Shown: positions 12,764 through 26,034 of the stretch, piece after piece
Numbering within the stretch: the first letter of the stretch is position 1
How the letters are laid out: every line of letters begins with the position of its first letter
NCBI RefSeq assembly: GCF_006345805.1
Contig: NC_043016.1
Coordinates: forward strand, 12,400,001 to 12,464,000
DNA length: 64,000 nucleotides
Source of the DNA: Octopus sinensis
Lineage: Eukaryota
Direction of reading: 5' to 3'
Translations under genes and position numbers: made by a program
Notes under the pieces: model-generated
Told to the model about the DNA's origin: nothing
Database searches by the model: none
Seen by the model: the letters and a program-made list of their open reading frames with translations, nothing else

Positions 12764-13060
12764 AGTGGCACATAAAAAGCACCATCCGATCGTGGCCGTT
12801 GCCAGCCTCGCCTGGCCCCCGTGCTGGTGGCACATAAAAAGCACCATCCGATCGATGGCCATTTGCCAGACTCGTCTGGCACCTGTGCACCCACTACACT
12901 CATGGAGTGGTTGGCGTTAGGAAGTGCATCCAGCCGTAGAAACATTGCCAGATCAAACTGGGCCTGGTGCAGCCTCTGGCTTCCCAGACCCCAGTTGAAC
13001 GGGCCAACCCATGCTAGCATGGAAAGCAGACGCTAAATGATGATGATGATATATATATAT

Positions 13061-13095
<35 letters not shown>

Positions 13096-13538
13096 AGCAG
13101 CTAAACCCAGTTTCACTCGGTCTGTTTGGATGATGTGGCTGTGATCGTTTTCGGCTAGGCATAATCTATAACACCGCTTCTCAACCTTATCATTGTATGT
13201 AGGACTACATAACTCAATGAGTCCTTTCTTTTGGGACATGTGGCTGTTATTTTTAACAGGTCAATCTACCCACTTAGAATCTGGTGTGTATCACAGTATG
13301 GGGGAAACAAACACTGATTGTGTCAAGCAGTGTGGGTGAGCACACGTGATAGGCTTCTTAGCAATTTCTGACTCCCAGAGCATTGTTCAGTGTGGGGCTG
13401 TAGCAGAAGGCATTTGACTGAGGTGTTGTGCAGTGGTACTGAACCTGAAACCATATGGTTGGTAAAATGAGCTTTGTAATCACACAGCCATACCTGTATT
13501 TGATCATTATCATCAGTTAATATCCATTTTCCGTGTTG

Positions 13539-13756
13539 GCATGGGTGGATGGTTTGACAGGAGCTGGCAAGACCAGAGCAACACTTGGTTCCATATTCTG
13601 TTTTGGTATGGTTTCATCATCATCATCGTTTAACGTCCGTTTTCCAGACGTTAAACGATGATGATGATGATGATGATGAAACCATACCAAAACAGAATAT
13701 GGAACCAAGTGTTGCCCTTGGTCTTGCCAGCTCCTGTCAAACCAGCCAACCCATGC
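13539..13756. repeat. Hairpin, ~100-bp arms, 9-nt loop, built from LINE tails
   Basis: 13539-13637 vs 13647-13756. Confidence 0.9.
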
Positions 13757-14009
13757 TCGCTTTCATTGGTTGGATATCCTTCGTAACTCTTTACAGAGTG
13801 TACAGGGTTCTTTTTATGTGGTACAAGCTCTGACATGACTACCTAGTACCCTGCAAGACAAGAACTCCTCAACTGGGATAGGGAGAGTGGCATTTAAGAT
13901 GGTATGGCTTTGTGTTAGTTGAAAGATTTGAGGTATAGAGGGGACAGATGTAGACGTTGTCTGTGGCAGTTTTTAACAAATGGTAAGCTTGAATTTGTTT
14001 AAATTACAG

Positions 14010-14093
14010 ATATCGTTTTTACTAAAACAACTGAAAAATGGGTCAGAGGAAGAAGATAGCCCAGTGCCAAAAGGTGTACACGCAGCACGTAAT
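14010..14093 (+). CDS. KIF4: KIF4 exon (ISFLLKQLKNGSEEEDSPVPKGVHAARN)
   Basis: acAG/GTaagt, 84 nt; start matches human VLYLLSQLQ. Confidence 0.88.
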
Positions 14094-15093
14094 GTAAGTA
14101 GTTATTTTTCTTTTTTTCTGTTTCTATTTTAACCGTTTAGCTTTCAAATCTCTTTGTCCAATTTATTGCTTCTTTCTTCACATTGTCTTGGAATTAATCA
14201 TCCATTATTTCATGGCTTCAAGATTTCAATGGTGTTTGTGTATTTTTAGAAAGACATTGTAGGTACGTGTGAGAGGTTGAATCTGGTTAGTTTTAACTTA
14301 GAACAGGTAGAATATTTTGGCTGGATATGGCCAGTTTAAATGCTTAAAGGTTAAATATTTCCTCAAATATTTCTTACTTTTCAACTTAGCTGATATTAAT
14401 TACAATTTGAATTGTGTGATAAATTAAAAAAAAAGATTCCTTACAATGTTTTTGTACTAGAAATAAAGTTAATTTTTTAATGTCCCAGGGAGACTGGTGT
14501 CTGTGACTAATGCCACTTTATTATGTCATTTAGTCTTTTGGGGCTTAAAGAGTTCAAATGAATTATTAATTTTAAATGATATTTTGATGACAAGATTTCA
14601 GCATTTAGATATCATCATCCACTTTCCCTTGGTTGCATGAATTGGACTGGAATTATGGTGGTAGATTTTTCTATGACTGGATGCCCTTCCTGTCACAAAC
14701 TTTGCCTTTTCTAAGCAAGCTAATATTTCACCAAGCCCAGGCATATTTTTGCACAATACTGGAAATGAATGTTTTAACAATCATGTGATGTTAAGAGAGG
14801 CACTTGCACACACTGATATTTCTTCATGTTTCTGTCTTAGGAGATAAAACTCACAAGGCTTTGGTTGGCCTGGGGCTATAAGACACTTGCCTAAGGTATG
14901 GTTGAACCCAAAATTGGCTGGGAAGCAAACTTCTCAATCACACAGCTACATCTGTATTTATCTATGGATGGATAATTAAATAAAAAAAATTCGTCATCAA
15001 AGACTAAATTTGGAAAATATATATCAAATAACGATAATAAAAGTTTTAATTTTCATATTTATTGACTATTTTTGCATATCTATTTCTTTTTAG

Positions 15094-15210
15094 ACCGTTT
15101 TTGTTCCTGACACTCCAGATATTTTAGATAATGACCCAGACTATCACCCTGATAGCTCCATGGAATTTGACACACCTTATATGAAAGTGACTAAGAAACA
15201 AGCAAAACCT
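15094..15210 (+). CDS. KIF4: KIF4 exon (TVFVPDTPDILDNDPDYHPDSSMEFDTPYMKVTKKQAKP)
   Basis: ttAG/GTgagt, 117 nt, phase 0-0; acidic linker before the CXC domain. Confidence 0.85.
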
Positions 15211-15990
15211 GTGAGTTTAGAATTTTTCAAAATTTACACTTCATATTTGGCTGTAATCAACTCTGGCTATTGCAAACATTCTGTCAGGAATTCTTTACGC
15301 TTGTGATTTTTTTTTTGTTCTTATTTTTTTTTCCTGTAATTTACACAGTTTTATGTGATGCTTATTTCCATTTGTAATAATTTATAAAATTATGGCTTGA
15401 GTCAGTCTTCACAAACGATGGATGCTTATGGTCCAATACTAGTAAATGGAGGATTTTCGGTAGTTTAGATTATCTCCCCTTCTCACATGGTGCTGGTCTT
15501 AAATTACTATTTGGTAATTGTGGCATATCCTCTAGCAGCAGAGAATTTTAATAAATCAAGAATTTATATTGTATGGTATTTGATATGCCCATATTTGTCT
15601 ACAATCTACATATACATGCTACATATACATGGCTTCGATTATTTCCCTTGGCTCACTTTTTGTTTAAATTAAGAAACAACCTAAAAGCATTCCTCACCCC
15701 CCCCCCGCTTCACAGTGTAAATAAAGGATGGAGGAGAAAATAATGAAAATGGTATTTCTTTTCTTTTTAATTTACTTGAGTCGGAAAAGAACGCTTGGTG
15801 CCCATTTTCTCTTGCAGACCCTTCAAGACCACGGGTTCTTAGCTTTTGTTTTTTGTAGCACTCCTTTTTAAGTAGTTGTCATGCCTAGTTCTCATCTAAG
15901 TGATGTTTGAGGTATCACAACTTACTTAACTGAACATAGATGATAATCTTACTCTAAAAGTGGATTGTATAAGCTTTTAACAGGTCATTA

Positions 15991-16225
15991 GGGCGGCGAG
16001 CTGGCAGAATCGTTAGCACGCCGGGGGTGAAATGCTTAGCAGTATTTCGTCTGCCGCTACGTTCTGAGTTCAAATTCCGCTGAGGTCGACTCTGCCTTTC
16101 ATCCTTCCGGGGTCGATTAAAGAAGTACTAGTGACACACTGGGGTCGATATAATCGACTTAATCCGTTTGTGTGTCCTTGTTTGTCCCCTCTGTGTTTAG
16201 CCCCTTGTGGGTAGTAAAGAAATAG
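15991..16225 (+). mobile_element. SINE family B, full length, 17-bp TSD
   Basis: head ggcggcgagctggcagaa, B-box gagttcaaattc; GTATAAGCTTTTAACAG at 15967-15983 and 16226-16242. Confidence 0.9.
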
Positions 16226-16724
16226 GTATAAGCTTTTAACAGTGAAATGATAAAAAAATTGATAAAGACACCAGTTGCAAATTTACTTTATACAAGTTAG
16301 TGACTTCCCTGTACCAGATGAGGTCTCATTTTATTTTAATAATCATTACTAGGCTTATTATGTATAATATAATTACTATTATTTGTAGAATTTAGTATGT
16401 TTATTATGTTACCTCACTGCACCTCCTTGGAGGTGGGATTGCCTTCTTTGAGAACCTCTGCTCTGGACAGATACATAAATTAATGTCTGAATAAGGAGGA
16501 AATCCTAGACATTTGCTTTCCTGGTAGTGAAATGTTTAGCATGGAATCTTGGAGATGATGTACAGCAAGGGTTGTGGGGAAACGACCATAGATTATCGTA
16601 TTAGGAAACGGTCCAGTTCCAACTTCCATGACATTTTCTTGTTGGAATTTAAAATTTTCTCTGGAGGTCTAACTGAGTTTTGTAATATTAAAAGGATTAT
16701 TCTTGATAAATAATATTCGTTTAA

Positions 16725-16941
16725 CCCTTTCGATACCAACCCAGCTAAAACTGGCTCTGTAGTACAAAATGTCTTGTTTTCATAAGTTTTGAATTAAAAT
16801 CTTCCACCAAACCTTAGTCACAATTTATATTCCCAACACTAACTTAATCATAACCAAGTTATTTTACTAAATTCTTTGTTATATTTAAAATTTATTGAAA
16901 GAAACACAGAGCATCTTAACAGAAATATTGTAACAAAAGGG
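16725..16941. mobile_element. piggyBac-like MITE family 2 (CCCTTTCG.TAC...GTAAC.AAAGGG)
   Basis: TTAA flanks; internal sequence shared with 63286-63470. Confidence 0.8.
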
Positions 16942-17178
16942 TTAAATGAATGAATGTATGTACTGTGTTGTTTGCAATATTCTGTGAAATTAAATATTTT
17001 TAGGCAATTGTTTGCAAGTTAAACTTGCAATGTTATTAGAGTTGGTTAGAATGTGTACAAATGATTTGAAAAAAAGGGTTTGATATCAAAAAGGGCAGAG
17101 ATTAAGGAGTAGTGATAGGGCAGAGAATTCGAAGGATGATAAAGGTAGGAAGATGAAAGGGTATTAGGAATGTGTGAA

Positions 17179-17410
17179 GGCGCCGAGCTGGCAGAAACGT
17201 TAGCAAGCCGGGCGAAATGCGTAGCCGTATTTCGTCTGTCGTTACATTGTGGGTTCAAATTCCGCCGAGGTCGACTTTGCCTTTCATCCTTTCGGGGTCG
17301 ATAAATTAAGTACCAGTTTCGCACTGGGGGGCGATGTAATCAACTTAATACCTATTTCTGTCCTTGTTTGTCCCTTCTATGTTTAGCCCTTTGTGGGTAA
17401 TAAAGAAATA
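17179..17410 (+). mobile_element. SINE family B, 16-bp TSD
   Basis: GGTATTAGGAATGTGT at 17160-17175 and 17411-17426. Confidence 0.9.
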
Positions 17411-17694
17411 GGTATTAGGAATGTGTAGGTGGAGAAATGAAAAGATATCCGAAGCATGTGGGTTGAGAAGTGAGAGGGTGTTGCAGGTATATGGACATGG
17501 TGTTGGGAAGCTATTGGGAAATATTAGAAAATAGATAGAGGTAAAAGGCTATTGGGAGTAAGTGGAGAGAATGGTCAAAAGATATCAAGTGTAAGTGGGT
17601 GGAGCAATAAAAGCATATTGGGAATAATTGTCAAATTCTGAAGTGAGGAGATATATTTTTCTCATTAGAACCTTTTTTTGTTTTTCTATTTCAG

Positions 17695-17805
17695 TTGAAA
17701 AGTTGCAGGTGTTTACGCAGTAAATGCAAATCCAAAGTTTGCCCATGTTTCAAGAAGACAGCGTTCTGTTTGCCTTCATGTTCTTGTGCTAATTGTGAAA
17801 ATAAG
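17695..17805 (+). CDS. KIF4: KIF4 exon encoding the Cys-rich CXC domain (LKSCRCLRSKCKSKVCPCFKKTAFCLPSCSCANCENK)
   Basis: ttcAG/GTatt, 111 nt, nine Cys with KIF4/tesmin-type spacing. Confidence 0.93.
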
Positions 17806-18324
17806 GTATTTTAATTATTATTGTTGTTATTGTTGTTGTTGTTTGGGGTAAAGCGGAAAGCTGGCAGAATCGTTAGCATGCCAAGCAAAATGCTTCGTGG
17901 TATTTCGTCTGCCACTGCATCCTGAGTTCAAATTCTGCCAAAGTCGACTTTAATTTTCATCCTTTCAAGATCGATAAATTAATTACTGGTGAAACACTGA
18001 GGTTGATGTAATCAATTAGGCCCCTGCCCCCAAATTTCAGGCCCTGTGTCTTTAGTAGAAAGGATTATTATTGTTTAGAGTGAAATGCTGCTGAAGTCAA
18101 TTTTGCCTTTCATCCTTTGGGGCGGGGTGTGGGGTCAATAAAATAAATACCAGTGGGGCACTGGGGTCAGTGTAATCAACCCCTCCACCCCTCAAATTTC
18201 AGGCTTTGTGTCAAAATAAGGATAGTTATTATTAGAGTTCAAACTGCACCAAGTTGACTTTAACCATTCATCCTTTTTTTTGGGGTGGGGGTGGAGAGAG
18301 TTGATAAAATAGTACTAATTGCAG

Positions 18325-19400
18325 TCATCATCATCATCATCATCGTTTAACATCTGTTTTCCATGCTGGCATGGGTTGGCTGGTTCGACTGGGGTCTGGG
18401 AAGCCAGGAGGCTGATCTGGCAGTGTTTCTATAGCTGGATGCCCTTCCTAACACCAACTACTCCAAGAGTGTAGTGGGTGCTTTTTACATGCCACTGGCA
18501 CGGAAACCAGTCAATGCGGCGCTGCCATCGGCCACGTTCTGATGGTGCTTTTTACATGCCACCGGCATTTGATTTTGATGTTGATGTACTTGACTCAATA
18601 GGTCTCCTCAAGCATGGCATGTCACACTACGATCCAAGGTACTTTTGAGTTGGTTGGTTATGCGACACTGGTGTAGGTTACAGCTGTGATCTCACTTTAT
18701 TTGCCGGGTCTTCTCAGTCACAGGTTTCAGTCTTTTGTCTTTGCCTCTGTGAGGCCCAACGTTTGAAGGTCATGCTTGACCACCTCATTACATGTCTTCC
18801 TGGGTCTACCTCTACCCCGGATTCCTTCAACTGTTTGGGAGTAGCACTTCTTCACACATCTCTCCTCATCCATCCGTAGTACATGACATTACACATCCAG
18901 TGAATCATGCTAGCTTCATTTCTTTCAAGCCTACGCATGTCTTCAGCAGTTACGGCCCATGTTTCACTGCCGTGAAGCATTGCAGTTCATATACATGCAT
19001 CGTAAAATCTACTTTTCAACCTGAGCGAGAGGCACTTTGTCACCAGCAGGGGTAGAAGCTTTCTGAACTTTGCCCAGGCTATTCTTATTCTAGTGGCAAT
19101 GCTCTCTGAGCATCCACCCTCACTATAGACTTGGTCACCTAGGTAGCAGAAGCTATCAACTACTTCTAGTTTCTTCTCCTGGAATTTGATGGAATCAGTT
19201 TTCTGAGCATCTGCAGTGTTTATTGCCCCTGTGCATCTGCTGCACATGAAAGCTATCTTCTCAATTAATCTTCCTTTGATGTTGCTGCACTGCTTATGTG
19301 CCCATAGCTTACACTGGGTATATCTAATGGTGTTTCTACCTACACCTTTTCTACAGATCGAGCAGGGCCACCTACCTGCATAGAGGAGATCCCAGGGGCA
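18325..19400 (-). mobile_element. 5'-truncated RTE-type LINE: ORF2 C-terminus with a Cys/His finger, 3' UTR and (GAT)n tail
   Basis: ORF 18987..19463 with KLEVVDSFCYLGD and SIATRIRIAWAKFRKLLPLL; catcatcat tail at 18325. Confidence 0.85.
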
Positions 19401-20436
19401 ACCTGTCTTGATAAGTAATTGATTTACCCTCCACCCTTTAAAATTGCTGGCCTTGTGCTGCACAAGTGTTGGGCCTCATGGAGGCAATGACCAAGACCTT
19501 TGGCATTTTGTCGTGCTTGAGAAAACGACACATCAAGCTGAGCAAAATTGCAGTCGTGGCACATAAAAGCACCCATTACACTCTCAGAGTGGTTGGCATT
19601 AGGAATGGCATCCAGCCATAGAAAGTCATGCCAAATCAGACTGGAGCCTGGTGCAGCCTTCCAGTGTGCCAGCCCAGTCTAACCGTCCAATCCATGCCAG
19701 CATGGACAACGGATGTTTGATGATGATGATGATGAACTGGCAGAATTGTTACTGCACCAGGCAAAATGCTTTGCATGTCTTCCAGCTTTACATTCTGAGT
19801 TCAAATTCTTTCAAGGTTGATTTTTTGCCTTTTGTCCTTTTGGAGTTGTTGAAATAAAGCACCAGTTGTATAATGGGGTGGGGTTAATGTAATGAAGTAT
19901 CACCTTTAAAATTGCTGGCTTTGTTTTTTTATTTTTTTTTGTTTGAGAATTCAAATTCTGCTGGGGTCAATAAATAAAATTACATGTCATTTATTGAGAT
20001 TAGTTGAGCTTTTAAGGATTTCTTTAAAATGCAAGGATTTGTGTCTGTGTGAAAAAAATTTCTTGTTAATAGAGACTCTCGACAGGTTATCTTGCAACCT
20101 AATTAATTAATTATGCCAGATATTGTTGAGAATTTTCAGTGATATTAACTGCAATGGCGCCCTGCTTTCGGTAAAAGTTGATGGGGATCACTAATAAATG
20201 AAATAGGGAAGGCAAGCAGATCAAGGTCTGTTGAGATGTGATCACAGGTGGAAAGGTGCTCAGTGTTATAGAGATGCTTGTTTATGACTTTATTAATGAG
20301 ATGTTAAACAAGTTATTTTCTAACCTCTTAATTTACACATTTTTTTTTTAATTTCCATATTTTGAATCTGTATATAAAGAAGAATAAGTACACACATTAT
20401 TTTGGGTCACTTATGATTTATTATGAAATTATTGAT

Positions 20437-20840
20437 AGGCGCAGGAGTGGCTGTGTGGTAAGTAGCTTGCTAAACAACCACATGGTTCCGGGTTCAGTCC
20501 CACTGCGTGGCATCTTGGGCAAGTGTCTTCTGCTATTGCCCCGGGCCGACCAATGCCTTGTGTGTGGATTTGGTAGACGGAAACTGAAAGAAGCCTGTCG
20601 TATATATGTATGTGTGTGTATATGTTTGTGTGTCTGTGTTTGTTCCCCCACCATCACTTGACAACCAATGCTGGTGTGTTTATGTCCCCGTCACTTAGCG
20701 GTTCGGCAAAAGAGACTGATAGAATAAGTACTGGGCTTACAAAGAATAAGTCCTGGGGTCGATTTGCTCGACTAAAGGCGGTGCTCCAGCATGGCCACAG
20801 TCAAATGACTGAAACAAGTAAAAGAGTAAAAGAGTAAAGA
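20437..20840 (+). mobile_element. SINE family A, full length (tRNA head, internal (TA)/(TG) microsatellite, (GAGTAAAA)n tail)
   Basis: aggcgcaggagtggctgtgtggtaag...gggttcagtccc...gactgaaacaagtaaaagagtaaaagag. Confidence 0.9.
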
Positions 20841-21847
20841 GAGTTAATGATAGAAAACGGAAATAACATCATGAATGAAACATTTTGGGTCAGAAATAAG
20901 TGGCAGATACCTCAAGAGTACAGTGAAGATATATTTTCGTTCAAATATATATTTACTAGACATCTCTGAACGAAAATATTTGGGATAATATGTTAAGAGG
21001 TTACAGGCTCAGATGAGAAAAGGCATGGTGTTTGAGAGTGGTAGGGAAGGAAGAAAATTATCCTTGGGCTGAAGACCATGCCTGAACGCTTGCTATGAAA
21101 TGCATTCCACTAAAAGCACTCTAGGACCAGTTTGCAAGCAACAGATTAGGTCTTCCACCCAAGTGTATCGTTAATCGAGAGGAGTTGTTCTTGAGGGTGT
21201 ATTCTTGTTTTGTCTTTATTTGTTTCAGTCATTGGACTTCAGTCATGCCGGGAGACTGCCATAAAGGGTTTTAGTCTGATCGATTCCAGTATTTATAAGT
21301 TTGGTGATTGTTCTACCACTATCTTATGCTGGACTGCTAAGTTCTGGGGATGTAAACAAACCAAAATTGATTGCTGGGTGTTAGTGACACACACACACAC
21401 ACATACATGATAAGCTTCTTTCATTTTCCATCTGTGAGATGCACTCACAAGGCCTTGGTTGACCCAAGCTATTGTAGAAGATGAGTATCTGAGGTGCCAT
21501 GCGGTGCGACTGAACTCTGCATGGCCACACCTGTGCTTGATTGTAGGTATTTAAAAAAAGAAAAGAAAAAGGTCTGAATAAGAGCTATTTCTGGTGTACA
21601 CTGTTTGAATGTGATGGAATTGACAGCATTGGGTTGGAGATGTTTTGGGATTTGTTAACCCATACTGCGGTGGAGAGTCGGTGTGGTGCATGAAATTTGG
21701 AAAGAAAGGAAAATGGCAAATGTAGAGTGGTTCTTCTTTATCCTTTCCTTCTACACCATTACCTATGAATAATTAATTGTGCCAGTTGTGTTTTTATAAT
21801 GATTTTTCAATTAAATATTGACAACGTTCTTCTTTCTGTTCTTTCAG

Positions 21848-21922
21848 CCGACATTTTTATTTGACTCATCCACCAGCGATGTGGACAACGAAAATGAAGA
21901 CGACGAAAATGAAGACAACTGA
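21848..21922 (+). CDS. KIF4: KIF4 probable terminal coding exon (PTFLFDSSTSDVDNENEDDENEDN*)
   Basis: long polypyrimidine tract and cAG at 21845-21847, phase 0, TGA at 21920-21922. Confidence 0.75.
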   Translation, partial: PTFLFDSSTSDVDNENEDDENEDN

Positions 21923-22036
21923 AGCGTGAAGAGGGTGTATACCATTCCTTTAACTCTATCTGATAGTTCTACTTAAGTTCTTTCAGCAGCAAACTTTGTC
22001 TAAGGGCATATTTGGCAACCCAACTGTGTGTATATG

Positions 22037-22067
<31 letters not shown>

Positions 22068-22599
22068 ATGTATACATGCTATGATATGCATTTATGTATG
22101 TGTATGAGTGTAATGTAAGTATGCATATGTATACAGTATGTGTGTGTGTGTGTATGTATACATGCTATGATATGCATTTATGTATGTGTATGAGTGTAAT
22201 GTAAGTATGCATACGAATACAGTATGTGTGTGTGTATGTGTAAATGCATGGTGCGTGCGTGTGTTCATTTATATTCCTCTGACTGTCTCATCTCTGAGTT
22301 AGTCATTTCTATTTTCCACCGTGATGGAATATTTTGTCGTCAATAGAAATCAAGCACAAAGAGTCTGAATGTTGTATTGTTTTTAACTGGTGAATGATCA
22401 TCGTGTTTGTGTGATGATGCCAACTCATCTTTATAGTGGCACATCTTTGAGTAAATATGTATCCAATCATTACACTCCCATTTTATTTATTTACGATTTG
22501 AGGGAGTTTTAAAATTTTTTTATTAATTGTTAGCTTCTACACTTTGTATATATATATATATATATGTATATATATACATATGTATATATCTCACCATCA

Positions 22600-23996
22600 G
22601 AGGTTAACTTTAATTTGATGCAGTATGACTTTGTGCCAAGAAGAAGCATTACTGATGCTGCCTTCCTAGTATGGCAACTAGAGGAAAAACACTTAGCGAA
22701 AAAATTAATTAATTAATTAATGAGCCACTGTGCACAGTGGAATGAGAGGAGGAGGATTAACAGAGAAAGTAGTCTTTGTGTGTGGCAGATGTGCAGTTAC
22801 GGTAACACTGAAAATGTACAGAAAATAGAGATCCTCAAATGTCTGGGGGTGGGGTGGGGTGGGGTCCTTAGACTGGGAGGCAGTTTCTGTTACCTGGACG
22901 ACCAAATTGGAGTGGTGGAAGTTGTTCTGGAAGTGTAGTTACTGGAATAAGAACAGGCTGGTCAAAGCTCAGGGAGCTCTTACCTTTGTTGGTAACTAAG
23001 GGTCTCTCCCTCAGAATGAAAGGCAGACAATAAACACTAAAAATGTAGAGAAAATAGACTCCGTGGAATGCAAGGAAGGGGGGGGGGGAACTAGAAGTAG
23101 TTGATACCTTCGATTACCTAAGTGACCAAGTCAGTAATGGGTGGTGGGGGTGGTGCTCCGAGAGTGTAGTTACTAGAATAAAAATAGGCTGGGCACAATT
23201 TAGAGAGCTCCTATCTCTCTTGGTAACAAAGGTCTTTCTCTCAGAGTTAAAGGCAGTTAGTATGGTGCTTGTGTGTGACAGCCATGCTACACAGCAGTGA
23301 AACATGGGCACTGACTGCAGAGGACATGCATCAGGCTTGCAAGAAATGAAGTTAGTGTGCTTCACTGGATGTGTAATGTCAGTGTGCATGTATGATAGAG
23401 TGTAAGCATTTTGAGAGAAAAGTTGGGCATAAGAAGCATCAGATGTGGTGTGCAAGTGAGACAACTGCACTGGTATGGTCATGTGATGCATATGGATGAG
23501 GATAGCTGTGTGAAGAAGTGTCACACTAACTGTGGAGGGAACTTGTGGAATGCTTTGGTGAAGCATGATGTTCGAATGTTGAGCCTCAATGACAAGTGAC
23601 TGAGACCTTTGGTAATATGCCATGCTTGAGAAGACCTGTCGAGCCAAGTGAAGTCATGGTTGTATGACTGGCACCCGTGCTGGTCGCATGTAAAAAAAAA
23701 AAAAAACTCTGTCCGAGTGTTAGGCCTCACAGAGGCAGTGGCAGGTGACCAACACCTTTAGTGATATACTGTGCTCGAGAAAACTGTCAAGTCTTGTGAG
23801 ATCATAATCATGGAACGTAAAAAGCACCCACTACACTCTCGGAGTGGTTGGCGTTAGGAAGGGCATCCAGCTGTAGAAACACTGCCAGATCAGACTGGAA
23901 CCTGGTGCAGCCCCCCCCCCCCACCAGTTATCAGTCAAATTGTCCAACCCATGCCAGCATGGAAAACAGACGTTAAATGATGATGATGATGATGAT
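22600..23996 (+). mobile_element. Degraded RTE-type LINE (RT fragments, internal duplication, 3' UTR and (GAT)n tail)
   Basis: GFVP.RS.TDA.FLV-like codons near 22620, YLDDQ, LREKLGIRSIRCGVQVRQLHWYGHV. Confidence 0.8.
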
Positions 23997-25470
23997 TTAG
24001 ATATTTGATTAAGTCCTGCAGAAATCCATCATTGGTTCCTGTTTGTCATCAGGGTTGGAATAATGGGTATATTGCTCTATTTATGGCACTTGTTGGGTTA
24101 AAGCACACAGAATGCTAAAAGATTAATATTTGAAATTCAGTCATTCTGGGAAACAGAAATGGATTGCAATGGAATCAAGTCGTAGCTTTGAATAACTGTA
24201 TAATAATTGATCTGAATCTTTTGGACAATTTTACATTCGGATTGTGTAATCAAATACGTATCCTGATTTGTTCCTACATAAATTGAGCAACGTCTGCTGA
24301 TGGAATTCATTGGAAAATGGAACATATTTTGAGTATTTAATCAAGAATAAAGAAAAATGTTTACTTTTGCTGACAACAGAGAGATTCTGTATTTGTGTGA
24401 AAGACAGAGTGCATGGTACCTGTGAAGGGTGATGTTGCTGATATCAAGACATGGTAACTGAATGTGGACTGGTTGTGTAAAGGTTGTGTAAAGAAATGAC
24501 CTATACATGCTTCACTGGATGTTTAATGTTAGTGTGTGTATGAATGACGGAGCACAAGAAGTGAGCTGAGGGAATAAGTGGGTGCTGGAGGAAACAAGTA
24601 CTATCATATGAGAGATAGATAGATAGATGCGACTGTGCTGTTGCAGAAGTGTGATTTGTGTGAGAACAAATGCTGAGTAACAGAAGTAATGAAAAGAAAT
24701 TGGAGGAGGAGGAGGAGGAGTGGTTAAAGCTGATTTCAGAACCATGGTGACAAAGGACCACGAGTTGTGAGATGCTGCGCCAAAGGAGACCTGTACATTA
24801 CTTATACAAACATGATATAACGAAAAGATAAAAATGATGATGTTTTATTGTGCACATGTGTGAAAAAGTGAGTGAGGCTTTGTAAGAACATTCTTATTTT
24901 TTTGAAAAGCACTGATAGTCAATAAAATAGTTGAAAGGGAGGACACAAAGTGTTTGTAGCTCATCAAGTATAAACGCTGGGTTTAGCTTTAATGTTAATC
25001 TTTGTAACAGTTAAGTTAGTCTTTAACGTTCAACATTTGGATCATTTAAAAGAAATCTATATAGCGAGCTTAAAAAAAATACTAAATAGTGTTACTATTA
25101 TTTTAGTTTTTCAACAAGTATGGAAATTGGTTTCCTTACTTCTAGATTTGTTTCAGTGTTATTCTGATCTCATTAGTCAACATGTTCTTCATCTTATTGC
25201 AATAGTAGTGAAAGAATGTACATTTGTTAATCTGTGTCAGTTTAGATAAGACAGCTGACGTCCCCAGTTAAACCATATTGATTTATTTTCTTGTTACTTG
25301 GAAATATTAAGTCTGTCATCGACCAATGTGCATTCCGTAATGCAAGATAACAACCCCGAGAGTGTTCCTCTTGGGCCAGTCTAAGTGAGATTTTGGCTCA
25401 ACTACAAGAAGCAATTCACTGCATGTTAACCCTACAGCAACTTGATCTTACATCAAGTTAGTTGCTTAAA

Positions 25471-25674
25471 TCTCTCTATATATAAACAGCAGTTTGTCTG
25501 TCTGTGTGGCTGTCAGGTTGTACCCTCACCCTGACCACGGCTTTCGACCGATTCTGATGAAACTTGACACACACATAGCCCAATGTAATAATTCAAAACT
25601 AACGCAGCGAAAATTTTGAAAAGTTCCCCCAGTTCTGAAAAAAATCGATAAATTCGACATGGGGTCGAGAATCT
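25471..25674 (+). mobile_element. 5' portion of a Helitron-like non-autonomous element
   Basis: A|TCTCTCTATATATAAA start, gtttgtctgtctgtgtg, ccgattctgatgaaacttg: typical animal Helitron/HINE 5' layout. Confidence 0.55.
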
Positions 25675-26003
25675 AAGCTTTTTATATGCAGCACATTAAT
25701 TCAAAACATTATAAATAAATAAGCATTACATTTGACAGAGAAATCTGAATGCTAAAGGGTTAAAATATTTCCTCCAAGATACAGCTCTTGTCCTTTCAAA
25801 ACTGGCAAATCTAACAGTTTTACTTAGTGCAGTGATTCTGTTCAGCTGTCCTTCCTTCATTGTAATCATTGGGCAATGGGACAATTGAATGTTATACCAG
25901 GTTTATATAGTTCTGTCTTATCTAAAACAATGCAACTTCATTGAAAGTTGCTTAGTGACTCCCGAAGTATGTGTGTATGCACATGTGATTATGTGTGTGT
26001 GTG

Positions 26004-26034
<31 letters not shown>

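Noticed and set aside
20154-20175. TGGCGCCC resembling an LTR primer-binding site
   Set aside because: Match is only 8 nt, with no LTR (TG...CA) or gag/pol nearby.
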